In this document: one piece after another, positions 34,637 through 46,655 of the stretch
How the letters are laid out: the number at the start of each line of letters is the position of its first letter
Numbering within the stretch: the first letter of the stretch is position 1
DNA from: Pelagomonas calceolata
Taxonomy: Eukaryota
NCBI GenBank assembly: GCA_918797485.1
Contig: CAKKNE010000001.1
Span: 62,001-126,000, forward strand
Direction of reading: 5' to 3'
DNA: 64,000 nucleotides
Notes under the pieces: model-generated
The model's input: only the letters and a program-made list of their open reading frames with translations
Databases searched by the model: none
What the model was told of the DNA's origin: nothing
Program-made: the position numbers and the translations under genes

Positions 34637-36763
34637 CTAATATATGTTACCACCACCGTGCGGAGGATCAGCAGGCAAAAACGACGGCACGAACTCCGCC
34701 ACCTCCGCCGAGAACCCAAACGGCTTGATCGTCCGCGTGCGAAGAAACCCCGTCGTGCCGTCGGGGCCCTTGGCCAGCTTCGACACGTCGGAGAACGGCT
34801 GCTCGGGCTCCGACGCCGACCTAGCTTTCAACCGCAGCCGCGACCGCAGCCGGTCCGGCCGCTCCTCGGCCTCGTCGACCTCGGCGCTCTCGGACGTCGA
34901 CCGCCGCTCCTCGACGCGCAGCGCGAGGGCCTCGAGCTTCGACACGGGCGGCGCGTTCCGTCGTTCGAGCGCGGCGGCCGCGAGCGCCGCGACGCGCGCC
35001 GCCTCGGCCGCGTCCTCGAGCTGCTTCTTCGACGGCTTCTTTGGCCGCGGCGCCCTTTCCACTTTCGTCGCGCGCGGCTTGCCCGGCGCGCCGTTCTTGG
35101 GCTCGCCCGTCGCGGGCGTGTACTCGAGGTAGTCGCCGAGCTTGAGCTTGAGGTTCTTCGGCCTGCGGAGGAGAGGCGCGGTCGCGGCGATGGCGTCGGG
35201 GGGGCTACGAGGCATCGGTGATGGCGTTGTCGCAGGCGCAGGCGTCCGAGAGTGCGCAGACAAAGGGACGCGGAAAAACGCACAGCTCGTTCATGTTAAA
35301 AAACGCGTGGTCGTCCTTGGACTTGGCGTCGCGCGGCCGGATGAAGCCGAACTTGCCTGCGGTTGGAAACGCGGTGACGGCGCGTCGATGGAAGCCGCGG
35401 ACACAGAAACACAAACCTTCCTTCAAATAAACGAGCTTGCCGCGCTGCCGGCCCTCGGGGATCTCCTCCACAATCACGGGCACGGGGACGACGGGTATTG
35501 GTGGAGGCGGCGGCGCCGCCGCGCGGCTCGAGCCCTCGGTCGCGCAGCGCTCGTTGAACTGGGGCTTTTTTTCTTTGGGCCGGGGTGGCAGGCCGGCGGC
35601 CTTCCTTGCTGCAGAAGGCGCCATGCCCGATTCTAATCGGACGCGCATGCCGAAGCGCCAGTTGTCCTCGTCGTTCAATTCCTCGACGGCGCGGATCGCC
35701 CCGAGTTCCTCGTCAAAAATAATCGACGCCGTCGGCGCGCCGCGCTCGTCCTCGCCGAGCTCGACGGCCTCGATGGTCCCGACCTTGGCGAAGGCTAATC
35801 TCAAAGCCGGCGCGTCCTTGCCTCGAATGTTCGTGACGGCGACGGCGCGGCCGCCGGCGGGGTTCGACTCGAGGAGCCTGCGCGCGGATGCGGGTCGCGG
35901 CGACGGCGTGACGGTGGGGTAGATGCTGGGCGCTTCGCCACAGGCTCAACGGCCGCGAGGCGCGGCCGCGGGATCAGCCGTAGCCGCGAGGGCGGCCGCG
36001 GGACTTTTCCGTAGGCTCAGCCGTGGAACGATGACAACACGCCGTCGCGCGGGAACGCCGTCGAGGCGCCGCCAAACACATAGAACAAAAGAAGACGCAG
36101 AAAAACGCACTCCCAAATTTCATCAGGCAGGTCCTGCGTCCTTACCACTCTCGGCCCCTGTTCATGATCCTCGACGCGGCAGATGAGCGTGCCCGGCTCG
36201 GCCGCGTCGATCGCCGCGCGGCACGCGTCTACTTTGTCAGCTTCGTTTTTTAACAATTCTTTGATCTTCTTGATGTCAACCACGGAAGCCAGCGGCAGGA
36301 ACAACGTATTTTCGTCCTCGTCGAGCATACTTCTCAACTTCCCGGGCGGGCAGGACTGGAGGCCGTCGTCCGAGAAGATGTACGAGACGTGTCTCCTCAA
36401 TTGCGCGTCGTACTGCTGCACGAGGTCCTGGGCCAGGGGCCGCTCGACGCACGCGTCACTGATGGAGACGAGTTCCGAGTCCTCCAGCGCGGCGCGGATC
36501 AGGGCTTCTCCGTCCTGGTTCTTGAGGAGAGATTTCAAGCGTGGCAATGCGGCGAGCTCGCTCAGCGGTAACGCATACTTGCCCGCGGCATTTATCTCCG
36601 ATAATTGCGCGCGGCCGAGCAGTAACAGCGCGTCGTCGGCGAAGAGCGCCTCGACCTGCTTGCGCAGCGCGGCCCTTTGTTTTTTTGTTTTCTTGTCGAC
36701 CGGTTGCTGTTTGGCTTGCTCCTGGAGGTAGGCCTCGACGCAGGCCTCGGCGGTCGTCGTCAT
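34637..36763 (-). CDS. La-related protein: two La motifs, LARP6-like RRM and cold-shock domain; multi-exon
   Basis: LRKQVEALFADD..LPLSELAALPRLKSL; LRRHVSYIFSDD..LPLASVVDIKKIKEL; AVEELNDEDNWRFGMRVRL; GKFGFIRP..HAFFN..LKLGDYLEY..RATKV. Confidence 0.72.
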
Positions 36764-37074
36764 TTGTTGCTGCGTTCGCGGCGACGGCGTCTCGCAGTGG
36801 TGTCGCTATCAAGGTGCTAGCCCGGCGCGAGGAATCACCGCCAGCCAGGCGTCTCGTCACGAGCGGTGCGTGGGTGGTCCGACGAGCGTGCTGAGCACCG
36901 GTACGCGGGAGATCAAGCAAGCTTAGCTCGCGCAAAGCTGAGGGCTAGTGTGTCAATAGAGCGCTAGGCTTGTGCTCCCGTTTTTCACCCAGGCTTTGCC
37001 GCTCGTCATCGCTGCGTCGGCTCCGCCGCCGATCTGCTGCGTTCTTCAACAAAGCCGACAGCGCGGCGCGTAGC

Positions 37075-37825
37075 ATGGCCCAGGAAGATCCGGGCCCGAT
37101 TTTTGCTGCTGTCAGGGCCTTCGACGCCGAAGCGTTGCGGCGCGAACTTGCGGCTGGCGGCGAGGTTGACATGCTAGAAAACGAATGGTCAACCACCACA
37201 CTTCTGCATTACGCGGTGTTTTGGCGGAGTAAGTACCCTGCGGAGGCGTCTTCAGGAGCGTCTCGAATGCATATCGGTGCTTCTGGAGGCTGGTGCTTCA
37301 GTAGACTTGGTTACCGATGGACGAACGCCGTTGCAATGGAGTGTGACAAGCAAGTCCGCGGCATACCACGCCGTCATCGCAATGCTCTTGGAGGCAGGCG
37401 CCGATCCTAATTTCACGGACAGGACTTGGACCTCTACTGAATATCATCGATCCGTGTTAGCCAGCGCAGCAGAGGAGGGTACGGCCGGCGCCGTCAGGCA
37501 GCTCATCGCTGCAGGCGCCGTGGATTTAGATCGAGCATTGGAGCTTGCGATTGGTAGTGGCAAACAACGCAATTGCGCTCCGCTCCTGCGCGCCGGCGCG
37601 GCACTACCGGCCGTAATAACCGCGCCGCCGCAGTATCCGCCAAGGCGCGGTTTCCCGCAAACGCGCGCGTACATAGAGAACATCCGCGCGGCGGGAGGAT
37701 ACAAAGCCTACGAGAAGGCCCACCGCCAGCGCCTCGTGGCGATGTTCCTCCCGAAATTCCCTGCGCTTCCCGTCGAAATGGTCGAGCGCGTCGTCGATTT
37801 TTCATGGGATATTGGGGGTCACTAA
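37075..37825 (+). CDS. Ankyrin-repeat protein (one frameshift)
   Basis: TLLHYAV; LLEAGASVD; GRTPLQWS; LLEAGADPN. Confidence 0.8.
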
Positions 37826-37932
37826 TGTGAATGAATTGTTATTTCAAGTTCAAGAAATGCTCGGGCGCGTCGCCGAGATTCACTAATGTGCATTGTTATT
37901 GTAACACCACGCAGAGGAGCGCGGGCCAAAGG

Positions 37933-38817
37933 TCAGGCAGGCGCGGGAGGACCAGGCGGCGGTGGCACGGATGCGAGCGCCGCCGCGAGCTGCGCGTCGA
38001 AATCCGGCGCGGGCGCGGGCGCCGCGACCAGCGCGCTGAGCGTGTAGGCGTTCGCGGGGTCGTAGGGCGGCACGCCCGCCCGCCGCCTCAATTCCTCCAC
38101 TGTTTTCTCGAGCGTCGTGACAAGCTGGTCGGCCACGTCGGCCATCTGTTGGATTTCCCGGTCCAGGCCTGCGTCGATGGCGTCCTGGTGGCGGGTCGCG
38201 GCGATGGCGTATTTGTGGGGTAGATGCTGGCCCTCAGCCGTCGAGCGGCCGCGAGGTCGTGCGCGTGGCGCTCCAACGCAGGCTCCAAACGGCCGCGGAG
38301 CTCGGCCGCGGGGTCAGCCGTAGGCCACGAGTGGGGACCTCGCCGTAGGCTCAGTCGTCGAGCGGTAGCTCGGCCGTGGGCTAGATCATGAGCGCGGCGG
38401 TCCGCCGTCGCAGGCCAGAACCGTCGAGAGGGCTAGAAGTAGAAAGCCAAAAAAGGGACGCGGGACGCAAACGCATCGCCTCCGCCGCGAGAGCGTCCTG
38501 GTCGACCGCTTCTGGGGGCCGCGCGGGCGGCGGTGGCGCGGGCGTCGCGGGCGTCACGGTCGTCGGAGGCATCGCGGGCGGCGCCCACGCGATGCCTCCG
38601 ACGCCCGCGGGCGGCGCGGGCGCCGCCCGCGCGCGCGTGCCGCCGCGCCGCCGTGGCTGCCGCGGTGCTTTTTGCGGGCGTCGTCGCACGCGTCGCCGAC
38701 GGGCTTCGTTTTGGGCCGGCGCTGCGACCGCCGGCGCTTCGGCGGCCCGTGGTCGTCGCGCGGCGGCGACGGCCGCGACACGGAGAGCAGGAGGTCGACT
38801 TCCGACGGCGTTTCCAT
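37933..38817 (-). CDS. Possible intron-containing Pro-rich hypothetical gene
   Basis: METPSEVDLLL..; last exon DVADQLVTTLEKTVEELRRR preceded by GACGCAG. Confidence 0.35.
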
Positions 38818-39030
38818 CAACAAAAGTCAGTGGTCATTGGTTCAAAGCTGAGAGCAGGCCGCTCCGGCTCAGTTTCGACGATTACGCGTCGCAGGCGTTG
38901 TTTCGGAGAGTCGCCGTGACTAATCTCGGACCGTTCGTCAAACAGGCGCTCACGCACGTCGTGCCAAGTCGGCAAATTCACAGGAACCCGTTTTACGCAC
39001 GCGGGACCGAAATATAAAATACAAGTAGAC

Positions 39031-41968
39031 TTAGAACCCCGCAAGCATCCCATCACTCCTCCTGCGAGAAGACGACCACCGCCTCCGCCGCGATGAAGAA
39101 GGAGGCGCAGCGACGCGGACGTCGCGCCGTAAATCGGCGGGAATTTCATCCAAGAACCGCGACGCCTCCATTTGCCTTGAGACGCCCCACGTCAAGCGAG
39201 TCCTAGCCCGCGTCAGGGCCAGCGACTCCTTGGCCCGCGTCATGGCCACGTACAATAAGCGCCGCTCTTCATCCACAGCTTGGGCCAATTCCTCGCCATC
39301 CTTATCAGCAGTGGCGTAGTAGTGCGGCAACAACCCCTCTTCGCAGCCCGCAATGATCACGGTCTGGAACTCGAGGCCCTTCGACGCGTGGACCGTCATG
39401 AGGCGAACTTTAGGGGGTGTCTTCTCCTCAGTGTCGTCGGCGGCCATGTCCTGGTCCTGGACGAGCGCGAGCGTGTCCAGGAACTCGACGAGCTCGCCCG
39501 CGGCGTAGGGCGCGGCGAGGTTGGCCAACTCCCTCACGTTCCGCCAGCGGTCGGCGCCATCCACAGATTCATGTCTCAGGTAGTGCTCGTAGCCCGTGCG
39601 GGCCTGCGTTGTATTAAGCGTCGACGGCGGCGCGGCGATGGCGTCGCGTCGATGGCGTCGCGTCGACGGCGTCGCGTCGACAGCGTATCTCTGTGGCGGC
39701 GTCGAGGCGCACAAAACGCCATCGCCGCGAGGCGCCACACACGTCGAAGGGCCAAGGGACGCCGCGCACGCACCAGCACTTCCAGTAAAAACCAGGCCAT
39801 CGACCCCACGAGGGGCCCGGCGTGGCCCTCCTCGGCGGGGATTGGTGTTGAAGTCGCCTGTTGTAGCTCTCGCAACTCATCCAAAGCATCGGTAAACACC
39901 TTGAGGTTGGAAGCCGCGCGCGCGGGCACCGGACTCTTCGCGTTGGCCGCGGCGTGCAGCATGCCCTCTCCACCCTCGAGAGCTTGGACCCGTAATCGCT
40001 CGAGAGAGCGAGGCCCGACGGCCCGCGGCGGCACGTTCGCAACCCGCTCAAAGGCATCATCATCCTTCGGATACGCGAGTAGTAGTCGTAAATACGCGAG
40101 GACGTCGCGGATCTCCTTCCTCTCAAAAAAGCCTTTGGCGTGCAACAACTGGTACGACACGCCGGCCTTGAGCAGCTCCCGCTCGACGGCTCGCGACTGG
40201 GCGTTCGTCCTGTATAAAACAGCGACGTCGCCCTCGGCTCTCACACACACATCGGCAATCCACCGCGCCTCGTCGTCCTGGTCCTCCAGCTCGACGATCG
40301 ACGGCACCAACGAGCCTTCGCGCCCTTCCAACGACAGAGCGTCCCTTCTACGAGTTGTAGATTCGACGACCGCCGACGCCGCGGACAAGATCGGCTGCGC
40401 GGAGCGGTAGTTCCTCTCCAGTTTAAGTAATCGCGCCCCGAAATCATCGTCATACCGCTGCTGGTTCTCGTAGTCGGCCCCGCGCCACCCGTAAATGGCC
40501 TGCGTGGCACGGACACCGTCGTGATGTGGCCGCGGCTCTCTCGCGAGGCGCGTAGACTCTCTGATGATCAGTGACGATGTGGTGTCGCGTCAACGCCATC
40601 GCCGCGACGGCGTCACGGTCAAGTTCATTCACAACGCCGCGCCACGGACCTGGTCGCTGTCGCCGACGACGAAAACACTATCCGACGCTAAGAGTTTGAG
40701 GACGTCGTACTGCACGCCGTTCGTGTCCTGGAACTCGTCCACTAACACATGCTTCCAGCGGCCCGCGTACTTGGCTCTTGTAGCAGGTGAGTGCTCCAGG
40801 AGCCGCGCCGTCAGCGACAGCATGTCGTCGAAGTCCACCGCGTTGCGCTGCTGCAGCGTCTTTTCATAGAGATCGAAAACTCTCGAGACGATGCGGTCGC
40901 CGTATCCCTCTTTCGTAAGGTCCGCATATGATGATGCGTCGAAGCCCGCGTTTTTTAGGGACGAAATCGCGGACTGGACGCGCGCCGGTTTTATTTCCGA
41001 CTTGTCCCAGCCTAAGCCTACGGGAGGCTTCTCGGCGATGCAGCGGCCACCTGCGTTGTACGACGGTCTCTCACGCGACGATGGCCCCGACGCGGTCCGA
41101 AACGGCTCGAAATCGAAAACGAAACCACCCACGGCCTCGTGAAGATGGCTCAAGGACGCCGCCGCACACAGAGCTTGATCATCGCGGCCTGGTCGTAGAC
41201 CGCGAAGCCGCGCTTAATAGGAGACTCGAGCGCTTCCACGTCGTCGCGCAGCATCGTCAAACAGACTCGATGAAAGGTCCCGACGCTGATGGACGAGGCG
41301 TCCTGGGGGTTTATTTCCTCTTCCAATCGCTCTCTTAACTCATTGGCAGCTCGGTTCGTGAAGGTCAAGGCGAGCACCGACGACGCGCGCGCGCCGCTCT
41401 CCACCAAGTGAGCCACTCGTCGCGTTAACACTCGAGTTTTCCCCGTGCCGGGGCCGGCGACGACTCGTATCGGTTCCGTAGACGCTTCGACGGCGGCGCG
41501 CTGCTGGTCGTTCAGCTTCAGCGGTGGAACGCGCTTCACCTCCTTCTCTTCCACTACTGGTGGTTCCTTTTTCACGGCGTCGAGGATCGTGTGCCTTTGG
41601 TCGCGCGTTTTCTGCTGATGGCATGGCTTGCACAACGCTTGCAAGTTCGACAGGGCGTCCGAACCATTGAGCGCCACGGGCACGATGTGGTCGATCTCGT
41701 GCTCCGGCGGCAGCAAGCAGCCGCAGCCCGCGCAGAGGTACTGTTGATTGAACGCGACCGTCTTCCGCGTTTTGGCCGGTAAAGGTAATCGTTGCGGTTT
41801 CGCTACTACAGAAGCGGCGGCGGCCTCGAAGTTCGTTGTTAGTGGTTCGGCGCTCGTGGACTTCTTCGCGGCTCGGAGCACGGCGCGCGGCCGCCGGGAG
41901 GCTGCTCTGGCCACCAGCGCGCCAGCTCGGAGCGCGAGCATCGCTGCCACCACTGTTCGGATCATCAA
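39031..41968 (-). CDS. HNH endonuclease-UvrD/PcrA (SF1A) helicase fusion with signal/transit leader; introns 41051-41169, 40500-40649, 39604-39773
   Basis: LCAGCG..EIDHIVPVALNGSDALSNLQALCKPCH; LNDQQRAAV..AGPGTGKT; GTFH; VDFDDML; VLVDEFQDTN; VVGDSDQ-AIYGWRGA; LERNYRS; LYRTNAQSR; MTVHASKGLEF; EERRLLYVAMTRAK. Confidence 0.93.
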
Positions 41969-42063
41969 GGAGAGGTCATAGGCAGTCGGGGAGGCCTCGA
42001 AACCAGGTTGCTCCGACGCTGCCTTAAACGGCTCGGACCGCGGGCTTTCCGCTCAAAATCGGA

Positions 42064-42087
42064 GCTAGCGTGTCGTAAGACACTAGC
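42064..42087 (+). promoter_or_regulatory. CTAG-GTAAGACA-CTAG motif
   Basis: GCTAGCGTGTCGTAAGACACTAGC between divergent helicase and DUSP genes. Confidence 0.68.
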
Positions 42088-42253
42088 ACGCCTCAGATTT
42101 TTTGCTAGTGGCTGCCCAGCTATAGCGAGGTCACACATCGGGCAGCGTCAGACGACTTGAAATCCATCGGTCTCGGGCGTGCAGCGCTCGGCGAGAGCGC
42201 ACCAGCACCGCACAGCCCGACAGAGGGGCAGCCACAAACAAGCAGCAGACTCC

Positions 42254-43416
42254 ATGGGCCGCCGCGGCAAAGCGATCGGCGCCGCCGCGAAGAAGAGCCG
42301 CCGGCACCTCGACACCATGCAGGCGAAGCAAAAAAAGCCACCGCCCGTGGCGCGGGGGGAGTGCCTGACGCTTCCCGTCGACGACCGTGTGGAAATCAAC
42401 CTGAACGCCATCGAGCAGACGCAGCTACGGAAGCACATCGAAATTTGATTTCCACACAGGTCGACGACGACCTCACATCCATAGAAGCGGCGGACCTGCC
42501 TTCACTATTGCCGACGGCCACGGTCGTCGACGCGAGTCGCACGAAGGGCTACCTCCTGGACAGCGTCCACGTGCCCCAACACGAGTGGGACTTCCTCACG
42601 CCCGAGGCGCGAAAGCTGTGCGAGGCCAATCGTAAATTGATCTTCCTCGACGTGAGGAGCGCGCGGGCTGTGAGAAGGGAGTATCCGAATTTGGACGTGG
42701 CCGTCGTGCGGGGCGGCTTCGACGCGTGTTTGGCGGCGCTCCCATCGAATCTATTTCGAGGCGTGGACGAGGAGCGGCGCCTCGAGCCCTACTGCCTTTA
42801 TCTCAAAGATAGGCGCCACCTCGACTGGGCGGCGGGTTTAGATGACGATGAGAGAGGGGCCGAGGTCCGGCGCATGCACCGGCTGCCCGTCGACGTGACT
42901 CCAAACCTTTACTTGGGCGACGCCGGGTGCGCCGCCGACATGGAACGGCTCAAAAGCTTGAGTATTACGCACGTGCTCAACTGCGCCGCCGGCGAGACGC
43001 GCGACATGAGTGCCGTTTATCTTCAGCACGGTATACGGAGTATGGCCGTGGCCGCGAAGGACAATGAAAACTGTGCTTTGTTGGATGGCCACGTCGACGT
43101 CGAGGCCTTCCTATCAAAAGCGCGGACGTCGGGAAGAGTCCTGGTGCACTGCGTCCAGGGTTTGAACCGGAGCGGCCTGGTGGTCGCGGCCGCGTTGGTA
43201 AGAGACGGCGTATCTGTCATTGACGCCGTCCGGACTTTGAGGGCGCGGCGGGGCAACGACGCCCTCTCGAATACGAACTTCCAGCGGCGGCTCGTGCGCT
43301 ACGCGGCTCGGCTCGGGCGACTCGGGCCGGTGCCTGACGTTGTGGTCTCGGAGGCGCGTCCCGCGGCGCCGGCGCCCGCTCCGCCGCCTACGGGGGGTTG
43401 CTGCCTGGTGAGCTAA
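42254..43416 (+). CDS. Dual-specificity phosphatase with rhodanese-like N-terminal region and C-terminal CaaX; intron 42377-42459
   Basis: NLYLGDA..ITHVLNCA; VLVHCVQGLNRSG; VAVVRGGFDA; ends GGCCLVS. Confidence 0.85.
42377..42467 (+). mobile_element. Introner with 8-bp TSD GTCGACGA and 15-bp TIRs
   Basis: CCGTGTGGAAATCAA..TTGATTTCCACACAG (14/15 match); splicing 42377-42459 joins two ORFs in frame. Confidence 0.92.
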
Positions 43417-43766
43417 GTTGTACTTGATGTGTTCCTAGGTCGACCGGCCGACGCGCGCACGCGTGTTCCCTTATGGGTTTCCCCCCATTTCCTTGTACTA
43501 GTAATCCGAAACCCGTCGACGCTAGTGCAACCACCCGCGCAGGGCTCTGGGGCGCGTTTCCGCAGCTAGCGGCGTTAGGCACTAGCAAGCAGACTTGTCG
43601 ACACGACCTTTGCGCTGCCCGTGCAGCTAACCGTGCTCACCTTACAGGCACGACCACAGTTACTCGTCGTCGCAGCACCCCCACGCACAGCCTGGCACCA
43701 CCCGACCACAGTTGAAGACAGTCCTTGTCGCTGCAGCCTGGGTAGCACTCGACTGCAAACGCAACC

Positions 43767-44546
43767 ATGCCTTCCCTCAGCAAACTCCTTGTAACCCTAG
43801 CGGTCGCCGACGGCTTCCAGAAGCCTTCGTCGATAAGACAAGCAACAAAACTCAGCGCGTTAACGACGCCCGACATGGTCAGCATCTACGGCCGCCTCTC
43901 CGAAAGCACGTGCGTCGCCGAGGACGGCGAGACGACGCAAACCGCCAAGAAACCGAAGTGGATTCCCGCGTATAGTTTCAGGAAAGATCACGTCCCGACG
44001 TGGATGGAAGTGTTTGCGGGCAAGGAAAGCATTTCCCTGGCCGAGTTCGAGGAAGGTTTACAAGCACTGCCCTTCGCGGACCCCTGGCACTCGCCCAAGA
44101 GCGAGGCAGCGCAGACCTACTCGCAGGCCGGCGGCCGGGCCGTCTTCGCTTTGTTAGGTGGCGAGGATTCACTGAGCCTAGACACGTGCGAGGAGAAGCT
44201 CATGGAGCTCGCGCCCGAGAACGACGGCGTGACCTGGCAGGACTTCCAGATCGCGCTGGTCGAGCTGGGCCAGACTCGGTCGCGCGACTGGGACGCGTTC
44301 GTTGACGGGGGCTGGGAGGACCTCCTCGAGGACGACGACTGGGAGGCCTCGAAGGACGACGAGGGCGCGAACCAGCTCATGACGGACGTCGGCGCCGCGC
44401 CGCCGCCGCCGCCGCCGCCGCCGCCGGGCGGCGCCGCCGCCGCCGCCGGGAGGGGCTCCGCCGCCGCCGCCGCCGCCGCCCCAAAAAACGGCGGGGGGCA
44501 TCTACCTGGGATAGTAGGCGCGGGTAAGAGAGTCGACGTATCTTAG
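43767..44546 (+). CDS. Hypothetical protein with bipartite plastid-type leader
   Basis: MPSLSKLLVTLAVADG-FQK; acidic globular region; low-complexity tail. Confidence 0.65.
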   Translation: MPSLSKLLVTLAVADGFQKPSSIRQATKLSALTTPDMVSIYGRLSESTCVAEDGETTQTAKKPKWIPAYSFRKDHVPTWMEVFAGKESISLAEFEEGLQALPFADPWHSPKSEAAQTYSQAGGRAVFALLGGEDSLSLDTCEEKLMELAPENDGVTWQDFQIALVELGQTRSRDWDAFVDGGWEDLLEDDDWEASKDDEGANQLMTDVGAAPPPPPPPPPGGAAAAAGRGSAAAAAAAPKNGGGHLPGIVGAGKRVDVS

Positions 44547-44590
44547 GGTGGGCCATGGCGTATTTGTGTACAAAGGGGAGGAGGGGCTTC

Positions 44591-45332
44591 TCAGTAGACG
44601 AAAGGCACGAATTTCGCCGTCGTCGCGGCGTACTTGGGGAATTCCTTCGGGTAGCGGTCCGCGAGGTACTCGTCGAGGCCCGGGATGTGCATGAACACGA
44701 ACAACGCCGTCATGACGGGCACCGCCCACCACGTCCACGACACCGCGAGGCCGCTCGACGCGAGCGTCCAGCCCGTGAACAGGAGCGTGTCGCCGAAGTA
44801 GTTGGCGTGCATCGTCAGAGACCACAAGCCGCCGGTCATCAGCTTACCCTTATTGGCGGGCTGTTTCTTGAAAATGTAGCGCTGGGACTCGCCGATGGTC
44901 GAGAATCCCGAACCCACGACGTATAGCACGATGGCGGCGGCCGTCACGGGCGCCGAGCACTCGTCGACCTTGCCGCGGGCCATCGTGTAGAAGATCGACG
45001 GGATGAAGAAGACGTAGACGATGGGGATCTCGTGCCAATCCGGCGGACGGGACCACAGCACGAGCATCGCTGGTAGAGGCGGGCCACGTAGACGATGCCG
45101 AAGACCAGGAGCGTCTGGTCATTGCACTCTATCGCCGGTATCAGCCTGCGTGAATCCATCGTCGCGAAACCGCGCTCGCTCTGTGACACGTCGCATCGAT
45201 GGCGTGGATCGGAAACACCGGGGCGCACTCAAGCGCGTACCACGCAATGGTCGCGAGGACGAGCGCCGAAGCGATGCCGGCTTTGAGCGCCCATTGGGAC
45301 TTGTCGAAGCGCCAGGCGTCTTTGATGGCCAT
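44591..45332 (-). CDS. DUF1295 / steroid 5-alpha-reductase-like membrane protein (intron plus frameshift)
   Basis: ESQRYIFKKQPANKGKLMTGGLWSLTMHANYFGD; YAATTAKFVPFVY. Confidence 0.85.
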
Positions 45333-45631
45333 TTTTTACGCAGTTTTGTGCAACCGGGGAACGCGCCTGCGCGGAGGCCAGGCCGCTCGATTTTGCTGCT
45401 GAATTTGGCAGCGCTGTCGCGCCGCGCAGCGCAGTTTCGCTGCGAACCGAGTAAGGACTCAATCGAGATGCTCTACGCTGGCTCGTACGCAAAGGTTTGC
45501 GAAGGTGGGCGGAAATATGGACACACCAAAAACGAGGCAGAGCTCAGCTGATGGGTAAATCTCGAGCTGAGCAAACTTCCTGTGGTTGAACTGCCCGCTA
45601 CGGCCGAAATCACACGTCTCGCGAAGCGTCG

Positions 45632-46655
45632 CTACGTCTCTCGACCATCAGCGTACGAATAAATTGCGGGAAACTCGCAAACTGGCCGCGGCGCGCCATC
45701 GACGCAACGAATAGAATATAGCGCGCATCGACAAAAAGGCAGACTAAAATTGCGCATGCGAACAAGATCCACCTTCCCGGAAGGCGCCGGCTCCTGGACG
45801 TACGCCAGCGACCGCAGCGCGCCGATGATCTCCACCCTATCATCCTCGCCGGACCCCAGTCCCAATAAAGGCTCCGGTGGCAATTGGACAGAAGACGCGT
45901 GCCGCAGCAACGGCCCGAGCCGAATCAACGCGTCGTCGCAGGGCCAGCGCAAGGGATGACCGGAAGGAAACGTCTCCGGCCCCATGCGCGCGCCACGATA
46001 TAAGCCGCCGGATCCTCCATGCCAGGCCCGCTCTCCACGGATTTGTGCGCGAGGACCATTTGTAGAGCTTGGGCGTCGGTGTCGCACCATGCCTCAAAAA
46101 CAGCAACGCGATCGTCCGCAGGCCCAATCCCAAACCCTCGTGGGGCCGGTCGTCGGACGGGACCAATTGTAAGCCAGGCAACAAGCAGCAATCACAGAGA
46201 GCTTCAAGGACCTCCTTCGACCAGCTCACCGACGGGTTCGGCAGGCCCGCTCTTTTCAGAGCGTCCTCGCCCAACCGGAAGACGTTCGACAGTTCCGACG
46301 TCAACGACTGGATCGGCGCATTTAGAGCATCATCTCTCCCCAGACATGTTTTTTTATGTCTAGCCCAATCCGTTCTTTGACAATCCTTGCTACAGTACGA
46401 CGCCTTGCCGCAGCGGCCGCAGCGTCGCGTCGCGCCCGGCCGCAAGCACGCCGCGCAGCACCTCAATGCTGATGCCGCGTCGGCCTTGCGCTCCCTTTGT
46501 TTAGTAGGAGGCGCGAAGGCGGTGCCGTCGAGGCACTGCCTTACTAAAGCGCTCTTGCCGAATTGGCTCGTCGGCGTGTGGCTCCTTAATACCGCGTCGG
46601 CCGCTCGGTAGGCGTGCCGATGCGGCGGCGTCTGGGACGTGTCCATCGCGCTCAT
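45632..46655 (-). CDS. MYND zinc finger protein (3' end uncertain)
   Basis: CAACLRPGATRRCGRCGKASYCSKDCQRTDWARHKKTC. Confidence 0.75.

Noticed and set aside
39031..41968. Bacterial contamination explaining the UvrD gene
   Set aside because: It has three spliceosomal introns, a targeting leader and host-like flanks
44395..44480. GCC-rich run as a functional element
   Set aside because: Simple low-complexity poly-Pro/Ala coding sequence
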